From NCBI GenBank assembly GCA_001724265.1, contig MEDY01000120.1, positions 1 through 64,000 on the forward strand: 64,000 bases of DNA, given 5' to 3'. Position numbers and translations under genes: made by a program. Source of the stretch: Rhizaria sp. SCN 62-66. Lineage: Eukaryota. This document shows positions 1 through 11,157 of the stretch, piece after piece; positions within the stretch are counted from its first letter, which is position 1, and every line of letters starts with the position of its first letter. Below the pieces are notes generated by a model. That model did not search any database and was not told the DNA's origin. It saw only the letters and a list, made by a program, of their open reading frames with translations.

Positions 1-403
1 GCTGATCACCAGTCAGGGCAGCACGAGCACGACGCTTAGCAGCGCGGTTCACACCAACGTTGGCATCAGCGACGACGGCTGTGGGGAGAGCTGCAGTGAC
101 GTGCCCATGGGCACTGGTACCGGCATGATGCTGGCTGACGCTACCACCGACACCGACATCGACCCGAACACTGACACGGATACCAACACAGAAGACGGCG
201 GTAGTGCCAGTGACAAGAGCAGCGACAACCACGCCGACATCATCGCGGGCGTCGTCGTCGGCGTCGGCGGCTTCCTCGTCGTCCTCGCCGTTGTGCTTAT
301 CGCGTGGTATAAGAAGCTCTGGTGCTTCTCTCAAAAGGGCACTGCTAGCAAGAGCGCCGATATCGAGATGACTGGCATTGGCACCAGTAACTACGACGTT
401 TAA
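1..403 (+). CDS. 3' end of a type I single-pass membrane protein (5'-truncated by the window)
   Basis: The frame is open from position 2. It has a Thr/Asp-rich stalk, a TM helix IIAGVVVGVGGFLVVLAVVLIAWY, a KK stop-transfer and a short tail ending at TAA 401-403. Confidence 0.75.
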   Translation, partial: LITSQGSTSTTLSSAVHTNVGISDDGCGESCSDVPMGTGTGMMLADATTDTDIDPNTDTDTNTEDGGSASDKSSDNHADIIAGVVVGVGGFLVVLAVVLIAWYKKLWCFSQKGTASKSADIEMTGIGTSNYDV

Positions 404-2120
404 GATGGCGACGTTTAAGATGGCAGTTTCCACCATCTTGGCAATGCCGAGTCTTTTTCATCGGCATTTTTTTTTCAATCTGAACATTTATTCAAAACCT
501 TATCAGTCTTAATGATATTATCTGATATTTCTGCATGGTGACAGTAGCTGTAAGCGAGTGGTAAACTACGTGCTGTGATATCACTCGCACACCTGTCGTT
601 GAATCATCTTTATTTTTATTTTTCATATTTTTGTATCTGTTTGTTGATGAGCGGTTGACGTTTGTCACCAAACTTTTATTCACGTTCAAATGTATGCTCT
701 CCGGTGCTTACATCATATTCCCCTGTATCCGTGTTCATGTTCACCCTTCTCTCGCATCTGGTGAGAAAGGCGCGTTTCCTCCTCACAATCGTCGTTTTTT
801 TGTGTGATATCTCATCGTTCTACTCTCACTTTTGCGTGCGATAGTGCGATTCGGATACGACAATCAGCGATATTGTGCTACTTGTGCTCTTCAAAGATAC
901 TCATTCACGTTGATCATGACTTTTTCTTTACAACTGTACTCTTGATGTTTTGCTGACATGGTTGCGCGGTTTAACTGCCAATCGATGTGAGCACGCTTAT
1001 ATGATCATATTTTTGTTTTGTTTTGTTTATTCTGCATAGTACAACTTTTTGCTTATATGAAGCGAGATTCAGGTTTAGTTCATCTTAGTACCTGTGAGTA
1101 CTGCTGATAGAGCTGTTCCGAATCCGCGTCATTTTTGTTGATATAATGTTGCTTATTTGCTAGTATGAGACTCATGTATGGGTTGTATCGTTGTTATATG
1201 TGTTTATCACCCTCTTGTTGGATCAACTCCACTGTACGTGTCTTATTTGCATCGATCATCATGCAATCCACTGCTAGCATAACATATGTTTTCTCTGTGG
1301 ATATCGTGATTGCGATGCCTACATAACGCAGTTCGGAGAACATCAAGCTTTCTTGATGTACAACTATAACAACTACTATGACACACATTTAACTCACTGT
1401 TACGCTCCAGTTTATCATTCTCGCTGAGCACACCAATTTTGTCTACGAGAGCCCATAATCCAACGCAGTTCTTGATCAATTTGATCAGAATCTTCTTGTT
1501 TTCTTTGGCTTTCTCATGGAGAAGTTGCAGGATATGTTCTTCCTGCTACTTGCCCAATTTTTGCATCCATCATCGCGCGACGCGCGATGCTTCCTTCGTC
1601 ATGTTATATGACCGACAAAATACACTGAAACTGTATTTGTTTCTCCTATCGAAATAGTATGTCACCCCCAATGCTACATTGAACACGATGCTATTCTTGT
1701 TTGGAACGCGTGATTTGTGACACTCTTACGCGTGCGTTCAGAGTGACAATTTGTATGACTTTGTAATAATTGCGGTAGTAATTGAAACGAACGCCAGCTT
1801 TTCACTGGATAGTAAGAAATGTTGAAGTCTCTGTCTCTCCTCCCGCAGCCCAAGGTGGATGCGAAAAAAGCACTGTCGAAAATGCCGCAGCCTACGAAGC
1901 AGGCATGAAAATACCGAGGTACCACGTTGGTGCCTTGGCGAAAGATGATGATGATGAGCCGGCGAAGGATGAGGATGAGTCGGCAAATTTCACAACTGAA
2001 TGTTCCATCGTCTACCCAGGAGAGGAGAAATGTGGAACAAATGTGATTTATTCTCGGTTATTTTGATCATCAAAAGTTGGTGGCATTGAACGTTTTGCAG
2101 AATCTAAGCGTCGCTTCTCC

Positions 2121-2138
2121 GTGTGTGTGTGTGTGTGT
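2121..2138. repeat. (GT)n microsatellite
   Basis: A run of gtgtgtgtgtgtgtgtgt is seen directly. Confidence 0.9.
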
Positions 2139-2403
2139 TTGACGTTGCGTCTCAGTCCAACCAAGACTACATTCAGTCATCAACACACGTGGTGACACGA
2201 ACACGTAACACGCACACTTACATAGCATCATCTGCAAATACGGTACAAAAACACAAACTGGTTACAACAGCACTTCTTCAGCGCGCTCTGTGAAATATAT
2301 GTTATTCTTCTTTTCTTATCGTGCGAATAAATACGCACTATTTTTGTTAACTCGTACGCAATTGTACTCAAAGGATGTAAGTGCGACACTGTAAGTGTCG
2401 CAC

Positions 2404-5400
2404 TTACTTCTTGTTCTTGTTCTTATTCCCCTTCTTGTGGCCGTGGCCGTGGCCGTGGTGAGACGCGGCAGAGGCGGCGGCCGCAGCGGCGACGGCGGGC
2501 AGCTCAGAGACAGCATCGATCTCACGGCTGATCTCGGCCAAGACTTCCTCGTCCTCCTTGGCCAGCCCGCTGACCGAGGCAGCCTCCTCAGCCTCCTCCT
2601 GGGTCGCCGCCGCCGCAGCAGTCTCAGCCTCGGCCTCAGCAGCCTCAGCAGCCTCAGCGGCGGCCACGGGGGCAGCGGCCTCAGCCTCAGCCTCCGTCTC
2701 CGCCTCCGTAGCCTTCGCCTCGCCCGCCTCAGCGTCACTCGCTTCACTAGCATCGCTGTTATCGGCGCTAGCAGCAGCGCTGGCGTCAACCTTATTGTCC
2801 CAGAAGAAGACCCCCTTGACGGCCTGCAGCAGCGCCGCGACGTTCGCCGCGCCGGCCGCCACCGCTGCGTTCTCGCTCGAGGCTTCCTTAGCCCGCAGCG
2901 CCGCTGCCAGGTCCGCGGCCAGATCGCGCGCGTCGGCGTTGATGGCGGCGAACTCGGTGTGCACGGCGTAGTGGCCCGACGCGACGGCCAGCTCGCGGGC
3001 ACGCGCGATCGCCAAGTCAAGCCGCGCGCGGAGCTCGGCCAGCGCGGGCTCCAGCGACTGCACGCGCGCCTGCAGAGCGGCGGCCGACGCGGCGGCAGAG
3101 TCCTTGGCGGTCGCAACGGCGGCGGCGGCCGAGTCCTTTGCGGAAGCAACAGCGGCCGTCGCATTGTCCTTGGCGGTGGCGACCGCAGCGGTGGCGTTGC
3201 CCTTGGCAGTGGCGACCGCGGCGGTGGCCTTGGTCGCGGCCGTGGCCACAACCGCGGCCGTGGCCGCCACGGCCGACGCCGCGGGCGCGGGCGCGTGTGC
3301 CAGCGCCGAGTCCGCCGACGCGACCGCGAACTGCGCGGACGCCATGGCGACCGAGGCGAGCGCGGCGCGGACGCCCGACAGCGCCGCCTGCAGCGCAGCG
3401 GCCCCGGCGGCGGCGCGCTCGGCTGACTGCGCGCTGACCGAGGCGGCCTGCGCGCGGACCGAAGCCGCTGCGGCCGAGGCGGCGTCGTGCACGGAGGCGA
3501 CCGCCGTGGTGGCGCTGCTGTGGACTGAGAGGGCCGTGCCGTGGACCGAGGCCGCGGAGGACTGCGCGGCGGCGACGAGGTCGCTCTGGGCCGCGGCGAG
3601 CGTGGCCTGCGCGGCGGTGAGGCGTGTCTGCGCGGCCTGGTAGGCGGTCTGCAGCTGCTGCGTCGCCGCGGCCGCGCTGTCGACGACGTCGATGCCCGTG
3701 AGCGCGCGGATCTGCGGCGACGACAGGTCGCGCAGCGCCGTCAGCTGGCGGGCAGACGCCGCGCGCAGCAGCTGCAGCTGCGAGTGCAGCTTCGCGGCGA
3801 CGCGGGTCGACGCCACGGAGCCGACAGCGCGCAGAGTCGCGGGCGGGGCCGCGGCGGAGGCGGCGGCGGAGGAGCTGTCCGTGGCGGAGGCCGCGAGGGC
3901 CGCAGCGTCGGCCGGGTCGGCGGCGTCGGGCAACTCGGGGCCAGCGGCGACAGCGGCAGCAGCAGTAACCGCACTCGCGCTTGCAGTCGCAGTCGTGTTG
4001 TCTTCGTTGTTAGCCTCCTCAGCGTGCGCGTTAGCGGCGGGAATGAAGCGGTCGACGACGGCAGCGGTCCTGTTCACCAGAGCCTGGTACGAGCCCGACA
4101 CATACGCGGCGACGTAGCCACGCACCCTCTGCAGCGCCGACAGCGACGACAGGTAGACTGCGTGCAGCGTGAGGTGGCCCGCTTCGTCGACGCGGAGGAT
4201 GGTTGAGATCTGCCGCAGCTGCTGCTGGGGGCGGTGGACGACGGCGGCGACGGCGGCGGCGTGGAATTCGCGAAGCGGCTGCTCCAGTGCGGCCGAGTAG
4301 GACACACCCAGGCGGGTGCGCATGGCCGAGAGGAACTCGGCCACACTGGGAGGCGCAGACGCAGCGGACGACGCAGCAGGGGCAGCGGAGTCAGAGACAG
4401 CAGCAACAGCAGCAGCAGTCTCGGCATCGGGTGTGAGCTTCGCTGCGTCGTCGTCACCGTCATTGGCGGGGACAGCAGCAGTCGCAGCGGAGGAAGAGGA
4501 GGGCTTGAGGGAGCGGAGCTTGTCGAACTGCTCGACGGCGGCGTTGTAGACTGTGAAAAGACACACACAAAAGAAGGGATGTCACACGAAAACGTGAGTG
4601 AACTAACAAAAATATTACATAAAATACATAAAAACAACTCTAATTGCACAGAATAATATAGTATTATGCTACTTGTCATTTATCTTGATACACAAAACAG
4701 TATATAGATATAAGGCGTACCTGCGGCGGCGGGGGAGGCGACGTGTGCCTTAAAGACCTCGACGACCGAGGCCTCATAGGCGGTGGCCAGATGGGCCCGG
4801 AGGATGACCGTAAGTTCGGCCACGTCCACGGCGCCCTCGGGGGTGCGGGGCAGAGCGGCAGACAGGCCAGTCAGACGAGCCTACAGGAACAAAGCAAGAG
4901 CAAACAAGATCAAAGCAATAGGCGTATGCGAGAGAAAGATGAGAATATCTCAACAACATATCATCGTGTGACAATAAAACTTAAGCACAGCATAAACAAC
5001 ACTAAAATTCATCAATATAATGGAAACACAATTAAAATAGCAGTTATATATCTTCGCGAGAGCGCACGTACCTGGATGGCGGTGAAGGTGGCCTGCGCGG
5101 CCGTGGTGAGCCGAGCGTCCCACACCTTCGCCAGCTGGGTCTTGACCACGGCAAGGAAGTCATCGTACTTGACCTCCGTGGCCGCCGCCGCCGCGCTGGC
5201 GGCGCTGGCCGTGGCCGTGGCCGCGGTGGTCGCCGCAGAGGTCGTTGCGGCGCGGGCGCGGGCGGCGGTGGCGGCCGTGGCGGCGGCGGTGGCGGCGGCG
5301 GCGTCGGTCAGCTGGATGTAAGCCACTGTCGCCGTCGAGACAAAAAAGTCGAACGACTGGCGCGGATCGAAGCGCGGCAGCAGCACCGAGTCCACGGTCG

Positions 5401-6037
5401 CGATCCACGCCTCGGGCAGCACCGCCGCAGCAGTGGTTGCCGTCGCAGCCGCCGTCGCGGTCGCGGCGTTGGCGGCGGCGGTGGTGGCGACGGCGACGGC
5501 TGAGTCGACCGCGGTCTTGGCAGCGGCGGTCTTGGCCGTGGCGGTTGCGACAGCCGAGTCCACGGCAGTCTTGGCGGCGGCGGTGGTGGCGGCGGCGGAG
5601 GAAGCGAGTGACTCGACCTTGGTGTCGAGCGTGTTGACGACGGGCTCGACGGAAGAAGTGTAGAGCTTCTGGGCGTAGGGCTGGGACTTCTTGGCGATCT
5701 CCTCAAGCTTGTCGATGCCGTAGTTGAGGTAGCGCGAGCGGTCGTAGGCCTTGTCGCGGAGAGTGCTGTACAGCGACAGGGACGAGTCCCACAGCGAGTG
5801 CAGGCCCGACGACACCATTTGGCCCTGCTGAGAACTAGCAGAAGCGGAAGCAGACGCAGCGTCAGCGGTGGCCTCAGCGGCAGCGCCGGCCTCCGCCTCG
5901 GCGGCAGTCTCGGGCTCGGGGGCAGCGCCCTCAACAGCAGCGGCGTTGTTAGCAGCGGCGGGGGCTTGTTGTTCCTGCGCCGTGGAGGGCGCGGACGCGG
6001 GGATAGACGCGTGCTTCTCGGGGGTAGCAGAGTCCAT
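2404..6037 (-). CDS. Perilipin/PAT-like, Ala-rich lipid-droplet protein candidate, ~1090 aa; exons 6037-5072, 4880-4721, 4550-2404
   Basis: Two introns (GTACG..TAG and GTACG..CAG) join three exons in phase. It has a PAT-like N-terminal segment (MVSSGLHSLWDSSLSLYSTLRDK...YLNYGIDKLEE...VEPVVNTLD) and tandem 11-mer repeats (AAVATAKGNAT/AAVATAKDNAT/AAVASAKDSAA/AAVATAKDSAA), and ends in TAA. The gene model is solid; the function is inferred. Confidence 0.6.
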
Positions 6038-6658
6038 CTCTGTAAAAAATGCGAATATAATAAAGAAAGTTGATGGGAGTGAGAGGAAAAGTGTGTAGGA
6101 TGCAAAGCGTGAGATGAACGGATGGAGGTGTGTTCAAGTGTCGTGGACAAACTTTAAAGCGAGATTAGACGACACAATCAAACGCATTGCGGATACTTGA
6201 TGAGTCTTTACAACTTAACTGCAAGTAAATGATATGTTTTACTGCTCATATTTCGATAATGGCGGCTTTGAATTGTAGATAATTCAATTCGCCGTTTGAT
6301 GCATGATTTTCGACGTCGTGCCACTCTCTCAAACAGGGTTAGGCCGCCATCATCCAAACGGCGAAAAGTGATTTGTGGTTAGAAATGAAAACAGCTTGTT
6401 TGGCAGCATAAACAACATTAAATGAAACCAGAGTTTGTCAATATGTGTGCTTTATTACCGCAGTAATACAAATACTGCAATAAAATATCATAAATAACTC
6501 ATCAAAGCACACCACAACACAAACACTCGGAGAACGACAAAGCGTAACCAGGTCGTAAACATCAAACCAAAGCCTTTTTAACACGAGACATACAGAATTA
6601 TTGAGACACAGCAACTATACACAGCTTTGACGGTAAAACAATAGGCAACACCTCGCGC

Positions 6659-7606
6659 TCACTTTGTGACCCAAGGGAAGATGTAACGCTGGACGAAGCT
6701 GTCAGCGGTATAAGTGGGGTTATAGTTATAAATGAGCGCCTTATGCTCCTCCTCGTGCGGGAACTTGTGCCCATTGTTGCGCGTCTCATTGACGAAGAAG
6801 TTGGCCATCTGCTGCGAAGCCCACACAGCCTCAGCCGAGTGCGCAATCGCCTCATGGAACGTGCCGTCCTCGTCGCGAGACCACTCGAAGTTGTTCTTCT
6901 CCGGGTGCCATTGGACGGCGTAGACGGGCCACGTCGCGTGCTCGATCGTGCTCACAAACTGCCCGCCGTCGACGTCGATGTTGGTGCTCAGGAGACGAAA
7001 GCTCTTCGCCAGCTCGGACCGGTCGAACGACGTCGTCGAAACGCCCCAGTTGTGGTTGTTCATCGTGACGGCGAGGGCCTTGGAGCTGAAGATACCGCGC
7101 TGGTCGGCCGTCATGCCGCCGAAGAGACGCGACTTGCGCTCGAGACCGGTGAAATCGAGCGCGACCGACGTGTTTTGCAGCTTGTGTGCGGTCAGCAGAG
7201 AGTGGTTGCGCGCGAAGTGCATCGACACCCACTGGAAGCCCATACACGTGCCCCACACCGGGAAGTAGTCGCCGTTGGCGTTTGCCTCCTCGGCGAGGCT
7301 GAGCGCGTGGGAGACGACCTTGGGCAGCTCCGCGCCGCCGCCGGGCAGCAAAAGCCCGTTGATGCGCGAAAATAGCGTCGTCATGTCCGCGATGGGGTAG
7401 TTATACGGGATCGGGACGACGCGCGCACCGGCGGATTCGAGCCACTTAACGTATGACGCGGCGAGGTACTGGTATTCGGGGTCCTTGGCGAGCGGCTGGG
7501 CGAAGATGCCGATCACAGGGGCGTCATTGTAGCCGGCGGCGGCGCCCGTGAGCACGGCGGCCAGCACGGCGAGCGCGAGCGAAGCGAGGAACGAGCTGAA
7601 ACGCAT
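6659..7606 (-). CDS. GGH: Gamma-glutamyl hydrolase (peptidase C26), secreted/lysosomal, 315 aa, intronless
   Basis: Signal peptide MRFSSFLASLALAVL, plus motifs PVIGI, YLAASYVKWLESAGARVVPI, NGLLLPGG, catalytic PVWGTCMGFQ and QWHPEK. Ends in TGA. Confidence 0.95.
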   Translation of the reverse strand: MRFSSFLASLALAVLAAVLTGAAAGYNDAPVIGIFAQPLAKDPEYQYLAASYVKWLESAGARVVPIPYNYPIADMTTLFSRINGLLLPGGGAELPKVVSHALSLAEEANANGDYFPVWGTCMGFQWVSMHFARNHSLLTAHKLQNTSVALDFTGLERKSRLFGGMTADQRGIFSSKALAVTMNNHNWGVSTTSFDRSELAKSFRLLSTNIDVDGGQFVSTIEHATWPVYAVQWHPEKNNFEWSRDEDGTFHEAIAHSAEAVWASQQMANFFVNETRNNGHKFPHEEEHKALIYNYNPTYTADSFVQRYIFPWVTK

Positions 7607-8159
7607 CTCACAACTAAACATTGGAGGTAATAAGGCGCAAAATGTGTGCGAGAGCGAAGGTGAGGTCGTGAGGTGATGGATTGCAGTGAGGGAAAGGCGA
7701 TGACGCGAGAGAACGGGGAGTTATTGAAGACTGCGGAGTGGGGTCTCTGGCGGGAGGAATAGATGCGCGTTTGAAGAATGTTGATTTCAAAACATGTACT
7801 ATTCAAGATGTTTTTACGCCGAGATGCAACGCAAATTCACATATCACAGCCGCAACATGTGTTTACAGCCACTCAAAATTGTTGCACGTCGCCTCCCCCA
7901 CAGTCGCCACAGCCACCCGACGAGCCCCAGACCGGAGCAATCGGCTCGTTCCGCCTTTGGAATGAAAGGAGCTGTGAGGAGGTGGGAGTACGGGTATTTC
8001 CGCTCGTTCCGGAACGAAACAAACGCCAGGACCAGTTTTTACTTGGTGTTTTGTTTCTTTCTTTTTTTCCTCACTCCTTCCACGCGCAGTCCTGCCCTTC
8101 TGCAGCGCATAAAACGCGACGCCCCCCAGGAGTGAGAGGCAGATATCACGCCCCCACTC

Positions 8160-10315
8160 ATGAGGCCCTTCGCCTCCGTCGTCGGCCTGGCCCCCAGCGG
8201 GCCCGGCTCGGCTCCGGTCCGTTTTGCCGACGCCCACAAGCACGGCACAGCCGCGGACATCTTTCTGCGGCCTCAGCTGCCCCCCATGTCGACGCCGCTG
8301 AGGCCCGCCAAGTTCAACTACGGCCGCCACGAAGCCCCTGTCCAGTTCCGCCCCAACGGCTCCTTCTGGGCCGCTAACGGGCTCGGACCCGTCGTCTTCT
8401 CCTTCCTGCTTATTTTAGCTCTTATTGCAGCGATGGCCGTGCCCTGGACGTACCAGACGCAGCGTGTGGTGCACAACGGCGAGACCTGCAGCTGGGTCGA
8501 GATGCGGTCGTGGTCGCGGTTCTACTGCCGAAAGACGCTCGCGCCCGCGGCCTGCGACGACGTCTTCCGCTCCGGCGCCGGGCGCTTTTGCAGCGAAGCG
8601 CTGTCCACGGACGCTGACTCGCACGCCGCGAGCACCCGCGCCAGACTCCATCTCACCACGAACACGCACGCAAACTCACTAAGCAACAGCAACAGCAACG
8701 GGAATCTCGGTGATGACCTCATGTCGGCCTCTCTGCTCGACACGCACAACACCCACACGAGCGCGGCGAGCGGCGGCGCGGTGCCCTCTGCGCAAGCCTC
8801 GACCCCGATTGGCGGCTTCACTTACTTCACTCGCTCCCGCAAAGGCTTAACTTCTCACGCCGACGCGCTACATGCCCGCGACAGCGCCCTAAACTCTGCC
8901 AGCAAGGGCAGGCACGCCCCCCCCGGCTCTAACACTGGCGCTGAGGCTGCTGCTGCGGCGGCGGCGCCTGGCATCTCCCTCTCTGAGATGGCCCTATCCG
9001 AGCTCTCGATGACCGACTCTGCCGCTGCGTCGGTCGGCGGCGGCGAAACCCTGCTGGCACAAGTTCTCGCGGCCGACACCGACGAGTCCGGGTTTGACTG
9101 GCGGTCCGCGCACCGCGCGCTCAACGTCGACGACGCCGCGTTGCGGTCCTTGTACACGCGGTCGGCGGTGCTCATGGGCTGCGCACTCGTCGCCGCCATC
9201 GGGCTCCTGCTAGGTACGAACAGATATCTCACCGTATCAAATACTCTCTTGAATTAATTGTATATATTTCCACGTTTTTTACATTATGAATCTACATTCG
9301 AATTTTTTTTAAATGTCTTGATATTGTGGAGATATACTCACTTTTGCACTTTGACAACTCTCTCTGTTTGAGTAACGTAGGCTTTGTGGTGCGCTGTGTG
9401 GCGCCGTCCAAGGCCGCCCGCACGTCTTGGCACGTCGCCATCGCCCTTGTCGGCGTCGTTTGCCTTGCCCTCGCGCTGGTGACCTTTGCTCACGGCCACC
9501 CCGCGGCGCACCGCCGCGCCGTTGAAACCTTCCCCCGCGTCCCCGGCGCGCCCCCCTCCGTCACTCTCTCCGCTCCCCGCGCTGGAGAGCTCTCCCCCCC
9601 CGTCCCGGCCTTTCCCGGCGGCGGCAGTGCGCAGTGCGGGTTCGGTCCCTGCGTCTCCTTCTCAGGCTCGGCCCCCGGAGGCGTACCGTCGCCTGTCCCT
9701 GCGGGCGCCGTCGCCACACTGGCCTGGGGCCCCGCGGGCTGGTCCGTGGCGCTGGGCTGTCTCGCGCTGTTCGCGGTGCTGGCGCTGTGGGCGACGCGGC
9801 ACGGCGACACCGTCTCCGTCTCAGCTCTCCAAGCCCACGCCCACGCCGCGGGGGGCGCGAATAACATCGTGAAGCAGCGGCAGCAGCAGCGGCAGCAGCA
9901 GCAGCAGCGGCAGAAAGCGAAGCAGGCGCTCGCTCAAGCTCAGGCCCAGGGACAGGGGCAGGGGCAGAAGGGCGGTCGTGTTGCTGCGAGCGGCGCGGCG
10001 AGGACTGCTGTGGCCGCGTTCAACAACAACGAGATCTCGCTGTCCGAGGGCGAAGTCACCAGTGATGTCAACAGCACCAGCAGCAGTAATTACTATAACG
10101 CTGCGAACTCACGGAACTCGCGGGCTCAGTCCCAGTCCCAGACTCAGTATCAGCAGCGTCTGCGCAATGCAGTCAGCGGCGCGGGCTCCCATAGTCACGG
10201 TCACGGTGGCATTGTTCTAAGCAGTGTGAGCGTGGTTGGTGCCAGTGGCAGCGGCAGCGGCAGCGCCAGTGCGGAAGTAAGGGCGGCTGCGGCCGTGGGT
10301 AATGCGATTCGTTGA
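8160..10315 (+). CDS. Four-TM claudin/PMP22-like membrane protein, ~662 aa; exons 8160-9213, 9381-10315
   Basis: In-phase GTACG..TAG intron. TM1 ends in ..MAVPW, followed by a W/Cys-containing loop, TM2, TM3, a CGFGPCVSFSG loop and WGPAGW before TM4, then a Gln/Ser-rich tail. Ends in TGA. Confidence 0.6.
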
Positions 10316-11157
10316 AGGTGGTTTTTGACAGCGGAGTACTCCCATGTGGAATAGTACATTTTATGCATGTACTCACATTTGATCGAGGCGTGCGTGAAAG
10401 CATGGCTTCGAAGTGATTGTGGTTTATATCTAAAGCACTCGAGTGGCCGTGTTTCGCAAAACTTATCACCGAAAATACAATGGTTCACTCGTGTCATCGA
10501 AATATCGCGTCGAAGAATGAAATCAAGTCAATAGAATATATAAACATGTTTAACTGAATAGTTTAGCAAGCTTTCAATGTGACCTCTTGTCATATTTGCG
10601 CTAAAGCTATAAACACATTTTGCCGGCTGTGCGACTTAAACAAATGTGCTTCTGCCTCACGTTGCTAATGATCCAAGCCGTCACATAAGTATTGAGCAAT
10701 CAGCTTCATATGAGATCTGTAGTATTTGCATGGTGATGCAATGCGTTGGTGTGTGTATTTATGTGTGTGTGTCATGTTACAGACTGTGTTAGGTGTCATA
10801 ACTAAACCCAATGAAAGAACATTGTCAACTATAGGGCATGTGCATTATCTTGAATAGCAACATAGAAACAATTAAAAAAGGCATAGATTATAAAAAAGAG
10901 AAAATGCTGTACAAAGACATTGAGACAAAGTTAAAGAAAATGAATTCAGGAACGGAGACAATGTGAAGCAACTAGCGTGCGTGTGTGTGCGTGTGGTCGC
11001 ACCTTCCAAACAAAGAATAAAAATACAAACGCGAGACAAAATATCAAGCGAACAGTCGCGTATGTACAGCTTTGTGATCAACTTGAACTGACTCGAAACA
11101 ACAAAGCCGTGGTCAGTCAATGTTGCTTTCTGCTTACTTGCTTACTTGCTTACTTGC

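Noticed and set aside
1782-2066. 94-aa plus-strand ORF with an acidic patch
   Set aside because: It has no recognisable motif, atypical codon composition and no supported splice structure.
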